Below, piece after piece: positions 10,806-24,227 of a stretch of DNA of 64,000 bases (positions are counted from its first letter, which is position 1; each line of letters begins with the position of its first letter). Under the pieces are notes generated by a model. The model made no database searches. It was not told the origin of the DNA and saw only the letters and a list, made by a program, of their open reading frames with translations. The translations under genes and the position numbers were made by a program. Origin of the DNA: Octopus sinensis (Eukaryota); NCBI RefSeq assembly GCF_006345805.1, contig NC_043007.1, forward strand, positions 47,988,001-48,052,000, written 5' to 3'.

Positions 10806-12215
10806 TAACACATCTGCAATTTCCATTGATCGATTTCGATTCTGATCCTCACTTGCCTCAAGAGGTCTTCACAAGTAGAGTTTTGTGTCCCAAGAAGGGA
10901 AAATATGCATACGTAGGCTGGCTCCATCCTATGTAGAAGGCCACGGGTTATGGACTCACTTGTCGTGCCGGGTCTTCTCGCGCACAGCACAGTTCCAGAG
11001 ATCTCGGTCTCTAGTCATTTCCTCAGTGAGACCTAAAGTTCGAAGGTCGTGCTTCACTACCTCGTCCCAGGTTTTCCTGGGTCTGCCTCTTCCGCAGGTT
11101 CCCTCAACCGCTAGGGTGTGGCACTTTTTCACACAACTATCTTCATCCATTCTCGCCACATGCCCATACCAGCGCAAACGTCTCTCTTGCACACCACAAC
11201 TGATGCTTCTTAGGTCCAGCTTTTCTCTCAAGGTACTTACACTCTGCCGAGTATGAGTACTGACATTACACATCCATCGGAGCATACTGGCTTCATTTCT
11301 TGCGAGCTTACGCATATCCTCAGCAGTCACAGCCCATTTTTCACTGCCATGTAGCATGGCTGTTCGTACACGCATCATACAGTCTGCCTTTTACTCTGTG
11401 CGAGAGACCTTTTGTCACCAGCAGAGGTAAGAGCTCTCTGAACTTTGCCCAAGCTATTCTTACTCTAGGAGTTACACTTTCAGCACACCCGCCCCCGCTG
11501 CTGACTTGGTCACCTAGGTAACGGAAACTATCAACTATTTCTAGTTTTTCTCCCTGGAAAGTGACGGAAGTTGGTCTCGGAGCATTTTCAGTGTTTATTG
11601 TTCCTGAGCATCTGCCACATACAAAAACCATCTTCCTAGTTAGCCTTCCTTTGACATTGCTGCACCTCTTATGTGTCCATAGCTTACACTTGGTGCATCT
11701 TATAGAGTTTCTACCTACACCTTTTCTACAGATCGAGCAGGGCCATCTACCTGAAGGCGTTTGTGATTTGTCTACCTTCCTACTGATTACGACTTTGGTT
11801 TTAGCTAGATTGACTCTAAGGCCCTTCGATTCTAATCCTTGTTTCCACACCTGAAACTTCTCCTCCAGTTCTGATAGCGACTCAGCAATTAGAGCAAGGT
11901 CATCAGCATAGAGGAGCTCCCAGTGCATCCTGTCTTGAATTCCTCCGTTATTGCCTGGAGGACTATGATAAATAGGAGGGGGCTGAGGACTGAGCCTTGG
12001 TGGACCCCTACCTCTACCCGGAATTCTTCACTGTACTCGTTGCCAACCCTCACCTTACTAGCAGCGTCCCTATACATGGCCCGCACAGCTCTCACTAACC
12101 ATTCATCTATCCCTAGTTTCCTCATTAACCACCAGATAAGGGATCGGGGGACCCTGTCGAAGGCTTTCTCCATGTCAACAAAAGCCAGGTACAGGGGCTT
12201 ATCTTTGGCTAGGTA

Positions 12216-13507
12216 CGAGGGGCGTTCAATAAGTAATGCCCCTGACCCACTTCCTATAGCAGTAGACCAACGAAACCTGGCACAGTTATTAGTCTTTGTC
12301 TACATAGGAAACACCCAGATTTACGCATTTCTCTCATCGTTTGATGCAGCTCTGGAGACCGTTTTTGTAGAAGACCCCAGCTTGGTCCTCCAACCACGAC
12401 GTGACTTCAGAAATCAAGGCTGCATCATCTGGAAAATGCTTTCCTTTCAAAAACAACTTCATGGCTGGGAAGAGGTGAAAATCAGTGGGTGCAAAGTCAG
12501 GAGAGTAGGGGAGATGGGGTGGAGTTCATAGCCGCACGCCTGTGCTTCTGATCTGGCGACAAGCGAGTTGTGGACCGGAGCGTTGTCCTGCAGGAGGAGG
12601 ATGCCTTTGCTGATGTTGCCCCGCCTCTTGATTTTGATAGCTTCTCTTAATTTCCTCAAAAGTGAAGCATAATAGGCTCCTGTAATTGTGGTACCCTTTG
12701 CCAGGAAATCTGTCATTACTACTCCGTCCTGGTCCCAGAAGACTTTGAGCATGACCTTGCCAGCGGAGGGCTGTACCCTTGCCTTCTTTGGAGGAGGTGA
12801 GTCACGGTGCTTCCACTGCATTGACTGAGCTTTGGTCTCTGGATCATAGTGATGGACCCAGGTTTCATCCTGTGTTATTACTCTTTTGAAAAATTTTGAC
12901 TCATCTTCTTGGCACATCTCCAAATTCATCCTCGTGCACTCGACGCGTTCTTGCTTCTGGAAAGGTGTGAGCAACCTGGGAATCCATCTTGCAGACACCT
13001 TTTGCATATGCAAATGGTCATGAATGATAGTTTCCACAGACCCGGTACTAATCTTGACCTCATGGGCTATTTTGCGAATAGTTATGCGTCGATCTTCCAA
13101 AATGGCAGCCTCAACTTGACGGATAGATGCCTCATCAATGGCAGAAAGGGGGCGACCGGATCTGGGAGCTGTTTCCACAGAGTTCCAACCATGTTTAAAT
13201 TCACGATGCCAGCGTTTTACAAGTTCATATGATGGGGCATCCTCACCATAAGTTATTTTCATTTCATCAAAAGTCTTCCGTGGTGTGCGTCCTTTCAAAT
13301 ACAAAAACCGGATCACTGCTCGACACTCAACAGGCTCCATTTCATACTTGACTCAGTTCAAACACCTGTAAATCAGAAACCGCAATTAGTCCAGAGCTGT
13401 AATTTGCCACTTAATCTATAGAGATAGAAATAATTGCACATGCAAAATTTCAGCTAGATCAAATAATTGCAAGTGGGTCAGGAGCATTACTTATTGAATG
13501 TCCCTCG
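12216..13507 (-). mobile_element. Full-length mariner (1292 bp), D,D34D transposase with one frameshift and one premature stop
   Basis: TA duplication at 12214-15 and 13508-09. About 35-bp TIRs CGAGGGGCGTTCAATAAGTAATGCCCCTGACCCAC with 3 mismatches. ORF 12459-13340 has WIPRLL, DETW, DNAPVH; a +1 shift restores YSPDFAPTD with 34-aa D-D spacing. Confidence 0.97.
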
Positions 13508-16399
13508 TATTTCTCCTGAAGCTGCCTTACCAGGAATATAGCATCAGTGGTACTTTTCCCTGGCACAAACCCAAACTGCATCTCATCTAAACTAACTCTC
13601 TCTCTAATTAGTTGGGCTATGACCCTCTCCGTAACCTTCATCACCTGATCCAACAGCTTGATACCTCTGTAGTTATCTGTATCTAGGGCGTCACCTTTAC
13701 CTTTGTAGCAGTTGACTATTATGCTGCTACACCAGTCATTGGGTATGACTCCTTTGTGTATCACCTGATTAACTATACGGGTGACTAGGCTATAGCCGAC
13801 ACTACCAGACATTTTGAGCATCTCTGCAGTGATTCCTGATGGGCCTGGCGCTTTCCCTGTCTTCATGCTTCTAATTGCCTTAACTACCACGGAACTATCA
13901 ACTCGGATAGCTGGTCCCTCTGTTGGGTCAACATTCGGCAGACTCTCTTTATCCCATTCATTTTCTTTATTCAGCAACCTTTCATAGTGGTGTCTCCAAA
14001 CCTCTCTCTTTGCATCCTCATTTAGCGCAAGTGAACCATCTTCCATGCGAACACACTTCTCTCCTACCACATCACGATTCTCTCTCACACACTGTCTTGC
14101 AACGCGAAACACCTCCAGTCTTTGGTCCTCACGGCGCAGAACATTGGCAAAGTTTTTCTTATCTGCTTCCCCTCTGGATAAATAAACCTGTCTTCTAGCT
14201 TCTCTTTTGGCAGTCTGATACCATTCCCTGCTACCCCCATTTTTCCAGACCTTCCAAGCCTGTCTCTTTTCTCTAATAGCCCTGTCTACAATATTGTTCC
14301 ACCACCACGTTATTCTAGGTCGAGAGGGGACTTTGCACCAGCCACAGATCTGGTCAGTGGCTCTCAGCAGGTTGTCCCTTAGAAACGTCCAGTTGTCTTC
14401 TACCCCCTGTGAAGCTCTATCCCCTTCTACTTCGTCAAAGGCTTCAAGTAATATGTCCCTAAATCTCTGTCCATTTGCAGGATCTTTAAGCTTCCAGATC
14501 CTTCTTCTCCATATTGGTCGTCTTCTGGTTGTCCTCCTAGTCCTGATCCTAAAGTCACTAACTACCAGTCTATGTTGTTGGGTACTTTCTTCGCCTGGGA
14601 AAGTTTTGGCATTTATAAGCAGCCATCTCTCCCTTTGCCTTGCAAGGATGTAGTCAATTTGGCTGGTATGTTGGCCCGATCGGTAAGTGACTAGGTGGCT
14701 GGTAGGTTTCCTGAAGTTAGTGTTGCAAATCATAAGATTATTTGCATCGCAGAACTCCAGCAGCCTGGTTCCCTCCTCGTTGCGGGAGCCATAGCCTCCA
14801 TGTACGCCATGGAAGCCCCCAGCATGTCGTCCAACGGGACCATTGAAGTCACCAGCCACAAAGAGAAGGTCTCTGTCGTTCGTCAACGAGGTAGTCTGCA
14901 GTAGAGTGTCATAGAATCGGTCTTTCTGTCCATCGGGTAGCCCCGACGGAGGAGCATAGGCTGATATAATGGTTGCTAATCTATGATGAAGCACTAATCT
15001 AATCTTAAGTATTCTGTCACATACTCTGATTACCTCAATTACTTTATCTACCCATTTCTCAGCGATAAGTATACCCACGCCACCAACCCCGTCAGTGTTC
15101 CCTGCCCAGAAAATCTTGTACCTGCGTTCCTTGCCTGTGAGGAACCTAGCAGATCCTCCTCTCCACCTTATTTCTTGCATGCAACATATATCCACACATC
15201 TCCGTTCAAGCATCTCGACTATCTCACCAGACCTACCTTTCAGTATGCCAACGTTGAGGGTGCCAACCCTGAGGCTGTGGGAGGCATGGGCTCTAGAGAC
15301 GCTGGGACGGTGGACATTAGCTTCGTGTACCTGAAAAGAAAGCTCGCATTTGGCAGAATTCATGTGCAAGTAATAAAGTAGCCTTCAGTACAACCTGCAT
15401 AACACTAGCCTTTCATATTTTGCACTGTATGAACATTACCTTACATAGGTCTAGACTAGGGGTAGGGAGGGGTAGGGATGGTGAAAGAGCATTTGCAGTC
15501 TTCATGGGAAGCAACCCCGGGATTGCAAAGAATAGGAACTTCCGGCATGTGTGTGGTTGTACCGTAACTTAGTAAGAGGTTCTGTTTATCGTGTGAGCTA
15601 GAAAGTAGGTTTGAAAAATCAGAGGGAATAATCATTATTTGATAACTAATATAGGCTTGGGGCAAAACAGGTAAAATCTGAGTTCGCCAGGCAATCTAAC
15701 TAGTCCATAACTTAGTAAGAGGTTCTGTTAATCGTGTGAGCTAGAAAATAGGTTTGAAAAATCAGAGTGGCTATGAACCGGGAGACAAGACGAAACGAAA
15801 AAAATGTTTGAGCTAGACAGGGTAATGAGGGAATACTGAAAGAATGAGGAATAATACAATGAGATAGTAATCGAAGAATAGTGAAAGAAAAATGATGATA
15901 CGTGCAAAGATAGAAGGTAGTTGAAGCGAGGCTGAAAGAGTCACTTAGCTTTAGCCATTCATGATCTGTGCGTATTTCTTCTTTAGATATTTGGAAGCGA
16001 GTGGGGTTAACGATAATGCGATCGCTCTTTTATATATGGCGATGATGGCGATGATGGTTATGGAAAGGGGGGGGGACATAGAGAAACATAGGGAGAGAGA
16101 TAGGGTTAGTTAGAGAGGGGTGGAGAGAGGTGGGCGAGGAACACGTGGGAATAAAACGGTGTGAGGAAATTTGACTAGCATAGAAAGTACAGCTATAGCA
16201 AGATAGTATATTTTAAAATATTTTTAGTAGTGAATATTTTTTGGTTGTGGGTAACCAGATATATAGAATGTAGCAGTTGGGAAGGAGATGACTGGACATT
16301 GATTAGTGTTATTAGTGTTATGGGGATAGAAATTAATGCATATATTAGAGATTGAAAAAGTTAAGACTTTACTCCCTAGAATGAAGGTGGGAAGGATAT

Positions 16400-16800
16400 G
16401 CAGTGATATCCATCTGGAAAATCCTAGAACTTGTACTTAACTTTGTCATTGTGAATTACACAAACAGTTAAAAGGGATACCACTGAATGTATCAAAATAC
16501 CAACATTGCTATCAAGGTACAGGACCAGGCACTGCAACTGCTTGGGTTTTAGAGACCCACAACTCTTCAATATCCTCCTACAAAACCTGAGAGTCATACA
16601 TGGGGTGGATATTGGTGTCTTCAAAACAAAACTGGATCTCCTGTCAAGAGTTCTGGATGAACCTACCTCACAGCAAGAAACACAGATGACGGCAGCAACA
16701 TCAAACTCCCTAACTCACCAAATACCATACATCTGCTGAGGTTTTAATGAAAGTGTAGCAAAGCAAATGGTAGTGCCACAGCTCTTGAGCTGAAACTAGT
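16400..16800 (+). mobile_element. CR1-group LINE 3' fragment
   Basis: GFRDPQLFNIL...FKTKLDL...DEPT...AATSNSL..Q, followed by the shared tail gtgccacagctcttgagctgaaactag. Confidence 0.75.
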
Positions 16801-17104
16801 AAAGTAAAGTAAGGTATATTAATGTGTGTATTCAAGTGTGTGTTTGTAAGGGTATAAAATGAGATAAGGGTATTAAAAAAGCTAAAGAAAAAATAGGAAA
16901 TTTAAAGATATATATAAAATATGTGAAAAAAGCTGGCCTGTACCTTAAAGATTAATGACCAGTCAAGTTCAAAGAGGTCAGGGAAAAGTTGATTGGTGTA
17001 AAGTAATGTACATTTTATACCCAGAGAATTCAGAAAAATCCAATAGGAATTAAACATATTCCACGCAATGCAATGCCCACATACAGCTGTTGCTGAAAAA
17101 TATA

Positions 17105-17525
17105 GTGCAGGTGTAGCTTTATAGTAAGATGCTTGCTTCCCAACCACATGGTTCCATGTTCAGTCCCACTGTGTGGCACCATGGGCAAATGTCATCAACT
17201 ATAGCCTCAGACTAACCAAAGCCTTGTGAGTGGATTTGGTACACAGAAACTGAAAGAAGCTTGTCGTATATACATGTGTGTGAGTGTGTATGTGTGGGGG
17301 GGGGTGCGTATATCTTTGCATTTGTGTTTGTACCCCCATCATTCTTACAACCAATATTGGTGTGTTTGCATCCCCATAACTTAGCAATTCAGCAAAATAT
17401 ACTGATAGAATTAGTACTAGGCTGAAAAATAAGTCGAGGTGGACTCACTCAACTAAAGACCCTTCAAAGTAGTGCTGCAGCATGGCCATGGTCAAATGAC
17501 TGAAACAAGTAAAAGAATAAAGGAA
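17105..17525 (+). mobile_element. tRNA-derived SINE, family A
   Basis: Head gcttgcttcccaaccacatggttcc...ttcagtcccact, internal microsatellite, tail tgactgaaacaagtaaaagaataa. Same family as 24228 and 24960. Confidence 0.85.
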
Positions 17526-17684
17526 TATATAGTAATTACAAAGAATGATCTTCTATAATGGCATATGAATATAAACCCAGCAACTTAAAGCTGGTATGCA
17601 GCGCAGAAATAAATATTGTGATCTATTAGTAAAGCCTGATATCCTTCAAATAAAAACATAAAATTGAACCTTACAAGGTGCATG

Positions 17685-18042
17685 CCTGGCTGTGTGGTAA
17701 GAAACTTGCTTCCCAACCACATAGTTCTGGGATCAGTCCCTTTAAGTGGCACCTTGAGAAAGCGTCTTCCACTATAGCCTCGGGCCAACCAAAGCCCTGT
17801 GAATGGATTTGGTAGACAGAAACTGAAAGAAGCCCATCATATATATATATAATATCATCTGCTTCATCATCATCCTTTAACGTCCATGTTCCATGCTAGC
17901 ATGAGTGAGACGATACCTCAAGAGCTGACTGTTTTGACAAGGTTTTTACAGCAACCACTCAGCAGAGTGGACTTAGTGCTTTTTATGTAGCACAAGCACA
18001 GGAGAGGCATATACATACATATATATACACACACACACACAC

Positions 18043-18098
<56 letters not shown>

Positions 18099-18365
18099 TA
18101 TATATGTATATGGACGTATGTATGTATGTATATATGTATTTATGTGTCTTTGTGTTTGTGTTTTATCTTTGTCCCGCCACCATCACTTGACAACTGACAT
18201 TGGTGAGTTTATGTAATTTAGTGGCTCAGCAAAAGAAACCAATAGAATAAGTACTAAGCTTACAAAGAATAAATCCTGGGATTGATTTCTTTGACTAAAA
18301 AACCCTTGAATGTGGTGGTGCTCCATCATGGCTGATGTCAAATGACTGAAGCAATAAAAGAATAA
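17685..18365 (+). mobile_element. Family A SINE split by an RTE-tail fragment and microsatellites
   Basis: 5' half at 17685-17845, 3' half at about 18130-18365. Confidence 0.7.
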
Positions 18366-18374
18366 ATATATATA

Positions 18375-18380
18375 TATATA

Positions 18381-18419
<39 letters not shown>

Positions 18420-18440
18420 TATACATACATACATACATAC

Positions 18441-18471
<31 letters not shown>

Positions 18472-20322
18472 TAATCCAAACGGGAAACAAAAAAACAACA
18501 ACAATGGAACAATTACAGTATTATTATTAATAGGCGCTCAGGAAATGGAAGCAGGGAGGTATGACATTTCGAGCGGAGCTCTTCGTCGGAAACATAAAGA
18601 AGGAAGAGAGAGGAAAGAAAGATCCCAGAGCGGGCAACAGGGAAAGAGAAAAAAGACGACTGGTGTTTACGAGTTGCACATGGTGAAAGGCGGATGTTTA
18701 CGAAAACAGAGCAAAGTGGGTTTTTAAAGGCAAAAGAGTGGAGACAAGGTTGGTAACGCAACAGATGTGTGTGTATGTGTGAGTGTGTGCGTGTGCGTGT
18801 GTGTATGTGTGCGTGTGTGTATGTGTGTGTGTGAGGCGAGATGAAAAAACAAAAAGATATATATGTGTGTGTTAGTGTGTGCGTCTGTGTGTAGGCGTGT
18901 GAGGTAGGGCGAGACTAGTGGTCAGCTTAGCAGACAAGGTCAGTAGTAAGAAAAAGAAGGAAGGAGGAAGGGAGGGAGGGGAAGGGGTGGGGGCGTATGT
19001 AGCGTGCCAGCGTGTGTTGAGTAGTAGTGTGTGTGTGTGTCCAGTGTCGTGGTGGTATTAATGGCGAGTAGATTGAATGTGTGTAAGTGTAATGTATATA
19101 TTTAAGCAATGTGTGTATATGTGTGCGCGTGTGTGTAACGAATAAGGGGGGGGGGGTTAAGGAAAAAGGACGCGTAAGTATGTATGTGTGTGGATGTGTG
19201 AGTGTGTCTGTGTGTATGTCTGGGTGGCAGTGTGTCCGATGAATGTATGTGAGTATGTGTGTATGTATGTGTGTGCATAGATGTATGTCCGTGTGTGTGT
19301 GTGTGTGTGTATGTGTGTGAGTGTGTATGTATGTACGTGTGGGTGTGGGGAAGTGTGTGTATGTGCATGTGTGTGCGCGTACATACAGGTGTGTGAGTGT
19401 GTGTGTGTGTATGTATGTGTGAGTGTGTATGTATGTGTGTGTAGGATGCATGTATGTGTATGGGTGTATGTATGCGTGTGTGTATGTATGTATGTGTACG
19501 TGCGTGTGTGTGTGTGTGTATGCGTGTAGGTGTGCGCGTGTGCATGCATGCATGTGCGTATGTGTGTGGGTATATATGTATGTGCGTATATGTGTGTGTA
19601 TGTGCGTACATGTGTGTGTGTGTGTATGCATGTGTGTGTATGTAGGTGTGTAGGCGTGTGTGTATAGGTGTATGTATGTAAGTATGTATGGGTGTGTCCG
19701 TGTATGTGTGTGTATGTATGTGTGTGTATGTATGTGTGTGTATGTAGGTGTGTGGGCGTGTGTATATGTGTGTGTATGTAGGTGTGTGGGCGTGTGTATA
19801 TAGGTGTATGTGTGTATGTCTGGGTGTGTCCGTGCATGTTTGTGTGTGTGTGTGTATGCATGTGTATGTAGGTGTGTGTGTACGTGTGTAATGTATGTGT
19901 GTATGCGTGTGTATGCGTGCGTGTGTGTATGTAGGTGCGTGTGTATGTGTGTATATATATAGTGGAGGTTCAATGGCCCAGTGGTTAGGGCAACGGACTC
20001 GCGGTCATAGGATCGCGGTTTCGATTCCCAGACCAGGCGTTGTGTGTGTTTATTGAGCGAAAACACCTAAAGCTCCACGAGGCTCCGGCAGGGGATGGTG
20101 GTGATCCCTGTTGTACTCTTTCACCACAACTTTCTCTCACTCTTACTTCCTGTTTCTGTTGTACCTGTATTTCAAAGGGCCGGCCTTGTCACTCTCTGTG
20201 TCACGCTGAATATCCCCGAGAACTATGTTTAGGGTACACGTGTCTGTGGAGTGCTCAGTCACTTACACATTAATTTCACGAGCAGGCTATTCCATTGATT
20301 CGGATCAACCGGAACCCTCATT

Positions 20323-20374
<52 letters not shown>

Positions 20375-22496
20375 CTACATACATACATTACACTTGTATA
20401 CACACACACTTACATTCATACACACACACACCTACACAGCCATACCCTCACTCGGACACACACAAACACACACGGACACACACCCATACATACATCTACA
20501 CACACACGCCTACACACATACATACACACATACATAACACACACACATACACATATACACACACACACACATATACTTATACACATGCACACACACACAC
20601 ATACATACATACACCCATATACATACACACACACATACCCACATACTCCTATACGCAATACATACACACAGACATACACACATACACACTCACACAAACA
20701 TACACACACACATACTTACACACACACTCACCTGCACGCGCACACACATGCATGACAAACACCCATACACTCACACTCACATACACACACACCAAGATAA
20801 ACACGCACACGCACACACACACCTACACTCCCACACACATACACACGCACCTACATACACACACGCACGCATACACACGCATACACACATACATTACACA
20901 CGTACACACACACCTACATACACATGCATACACACACACACACACAAACATGCACGGACACACCCAGACATACACACATACACCTATATACACACGCCCA
21001 CACACCTACATACACACACATATACACACGCCCACACACCTACATACACACAACATACATACACACACATACACGGACACACCCATACATACTTACATAC
21101 ACACACCTACATACACACAATGCATACACACACACACATGTACGCACACACACACACACATATACGCACAACATATATACCCACACACATGCACACCACA
21201 CACACACATACGCACATGCATGCATGCATGCACACGCGCATACACACACACACACGCACGTACACATACATAAATACACACAGCATACATACACCCATAC
21301 ACATACATGCATCCTACACACACATACATACACACTCACACATACATACACACACACACACCACTCACACACCTGTATGTACGCGCACACACATGCACAT
21401 ACACACACTTCCCCACACCCACACGTACATACATACACACTCACACACATACACACACACACACACACACGGACATACATCTATGCACACACATACATAC
21501 ACACATACTCACATACATTCATCGGACACACTGCCACCCGGACATACACACAGACACACTCACACATCCACACACATACATACTTACGCACATACTCGCA
21601 GGCTCGCGCACGCACGCGCACGCACGCGCTTGCGCCGGGTCGCGTACGCATACGCTCCGCAGGCATCTCGCTCTTGGAACCGACAAGACCTCCCGCCCGT
21701 TCCTGGGACCGTCGCGTGTCGTTGGGTTTTCCCACGCCCGCCTCCGCGGGACCACTCTTCCATCTTCCCCTCAGCTGGAGTCCTTTTTCCTTAACCCTCC
21801 CCCCTTTTTCGTTACACACACGCGCACACATATACACACATTGCTTAAATATATACATTACTCTTACACACATTCAATCTACTCGCCATTTATACCACCA
21901 CGACACTGGACACACACACACACTACTACTCAACAAACGCTGGCACGCTACATACGCCCCCACCCCTTCCCCTCCCTCCCTTCCTCCTTCCTTCTTTTTC
22001 TTACTACTGACCTTGTCTGCTAAGCTGACCAGTAGTCTCGCCCTACCTCACACGCCTACACACAGACGCACACACTAACACACACATATATATTTTTTTG
22101 TTTTTTCATCTCGCCTCACACACACACATACACACACGCACACGCACACACTCACACATACACACACGCACACGCACACACTCACACATACACACACATC
22201 TGTTGCGTTACCAACCTTGTCTCCACTCTTTTGCCTTTAAAAACCCACTTTGCTCTGTTTTCGTAAACATCCGCCTTTCACCATGTGCAACTCGTAAACA
22301 CCAGTCGTCTTTTTTCTCTTTCCCTGTTGCCCGCTCTGGGATCTTTCTTTCCTCTCTCTTCCTTCTTTATGTTTCCGACGAAGAGCTCCGCTCGAAATGT
22401 CATACCTCCCTGCTTCCTTTTCCTGAGCGCCTATTAATAATAATACTGTAATTGTTCCATTGTTGTTGTTTTTTTGTTTCCCGTTTGGATTAAAAT

Positions 22497-22529
<33 letters not shown>

Positions 22530-22542
22530 GTATGTATATATA

Positions 22543-22575
<33 letters not shown>

Positions 22576-22576
22576 A

Positions 22577-22611
<35 letters not shown>

Positions 22612-22620
22612 TATATATAT
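18375..22620. repeat. Large inverted duplication: arms about 18375-19952 and 20828-22620, around a spacer holding a SINE and CA-rich DNA
   Basis: Unique sequence 18470-18770 is mirrored at 22195-22495. ORF 18513-18761 minus equals the tail of ORF 22098-22451 plus. The flanking TA/TACA microsatellite pattern is also mirrored. Confidence 0.92.
19962..20320 (+). mobile_element. tRNA-derived SINE, family D
   Basis: gtggaggttcaatggcccagtggttaggg...ggtttcgattcccagacc head. Aligns with 31540-31915. Confidence 0.85.
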
Positions 22621-22624
22621 ATGT

Positions 22625-22830
22625 ATAGGTGCAGGAGTGGCGGTGTAGTAAGTAGCTTGCTTACCAGCCACATGGATCCACATTCAAGGCAGCTTGGGCA
22701 AGTGTCTTCTACTACAGCCTTGGGCTAACCAAAGCCTTGTGAAACTGAAAGAAGCTTGTTGTATATATATAGATATATGTATGTGTATATGTTTATATGT
22801 GTGTGTGTGTGTGTGCACGCAAGTGTGTGT
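22625..22830 (+). mobile_element. Family A SINE, 5' half
   Basis: ggtgcaggagtggcggtgtagtaagtagcttgcttaccagccacatgg head. Confidence 0.75.
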
Positions 22831-23061
22831 ATGAGGGGGTACTGAAATGTTCCTAGCTTTGGATAAAAGACAATACTGGACGATCAACTAATTATGGCTT
22901 TATTTGACATATTTCCCTCTCAGATTCACACTCTTATTGCAGCAGTCTTTCAGTTCTTCTAAGCCCTGTAAAAAAACTCAAAAGGTTGGACCTAGGCCTT
23001 TTGCAATACACTTAAATCCAGGAACATTTCTGCAGCCCCTCAAAAAATCTATATCTGTCTG

Positions 23062-23104
<43 letters not shown>

Positions 23105-23111
23105 CTCTATC

Positions 23112-23165
<54 letters not shown>

Positions 23166-23166
23166 G

Positions 23167-23197
<31 letters not shown>

Positions 23198-23589
23198 GCT
23201 TTATAGTATATATATATATATATGTGCGTGTGTATGTATGTATATATACATATAGAGAAAATTTATAAAAGTGACACAAGCAATATTTTGATAACAAAGG
23301 AGTTTGATATTAAATTGTGTGTGTGTGTGTGTGTGTGTGTGAAATTGATTAAATGAATGTAATTACAATGAAAATTTAGTTTTATTTTGATTAAAATACC
23401 AGCGACTTCAGAGCAAAACATTTCATAACAGTTCACTGTATTTCTAGCTGTCACTCCCACTTCATGTCTTGTTTTAATTTCCATAGGTCAGTATGAGCAA
23501 TGTGAAGCACATTGCATTTTATTAAATGTAAGGGAAGATTAGTTAAGTGAAAGCAGAATGAGTCTTTGGGTACAAAAGACAAATATAAC

Positions 23590-23960
23590 AGGCATGGCTT
23601 TGTGGTAAGAAGTTTGCTTTCCAACCACATTGTTCTGGGTTCAATCCCACTGTGTGGTGTCTTGGGCAAGTATCTTTCACTATAGCCTTTGGCCAAACAA
23701 AGCCTTATGGCTGGATTAGGTTGAGGGAAACTGAGAAAAAAAACCTTATAAATGTGTGTGTTTGCATCTGTGTCCCCAGCCACTGCTTGACAACTGGTGT
23801 TTATGTTCTTGTATCTTGGCGGTCCAACAAAAATGATCTATAGAATAAGTTCCAGGCTTAAAAGTAAGTACTGGAGTCGATTCATTCAACTAAAAATTCT
23901 TCAAGGTGGTGCCCCAGCATGGCCACAGTCTAATGACTGAAAATAGTAAAAGATAAAAGA
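23590..23960 (+). mobile_element. Family A SINE
   Basis: Head and tail both match the other family A copies. Confidence 0.8.
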
Positions 23961-24227
23961 TTACTAAGTGGACTCTCTTAGTAAAGCAAGAAACGTTGGA
24001 TAATTTAGAAAACATCAAACTCCTTCAGTTAAACAAATACAAAAAAGAAACAGAACGACTCCAGTTTGTGTCAAATAAATTTAGAAAGTAAATCTTATAA
24101 AATCTTTTTAATTAGTGTGACCCGCTTGATGACAAGTCCTGTTTCATGAACATTTTCAACAGACTCTCACATATATATATATATCATCATCATCATCATA
24201 ATTGTGTAGCATCCACATATATACTCT

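Larger units (their letters stand above)
10361..15400 (-). mobile_element. Near full-length RTE LINE (APE endonuclease + RT), split by a mariner and frameshifts
   Basis: ORF 13459-15369 (TLNVG, QE, GDFN, NEEG, QIDYIL, KAPGPSG, NYRGIKL, QFGF) continues past the mariner as KY-LAKDKPLYLAFVDMEKAFDRVP, GVHQGSVLSP, LLYADD, RWYGHV. (ATG)n tail at 10361-10380. Confidence 0.95.

Noticed and set aside
12459-13340. SETMAR-like host gene
   Set aside because: No SET domain. It is bounded by TIRs and a TA duplication and is frameshifted, so it is an ordinary mariner copy.
15569-15770. About 58-bp direct repeat (taacttagtaagaggttctg...gaaaaatcagag) at about 15569 and 15711
   Set aside because: Only two copies in unassigned TE-like DNA, with no termini or coding signal to classify.
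19962-20040. tRNA gene
   Set aside because: The tRNA-like head continues into a 350-bp body shared with other dispersed copies, so it is a SINE.
18927-22078. Long His/Thr-rich and Cys/Val-rich ORFs (up to 384 aa)
   Set aside because: They are translations of degenerate (CA)n/(TACA)n repeats, open in several frames on both strands, with no splice or domain evidence.
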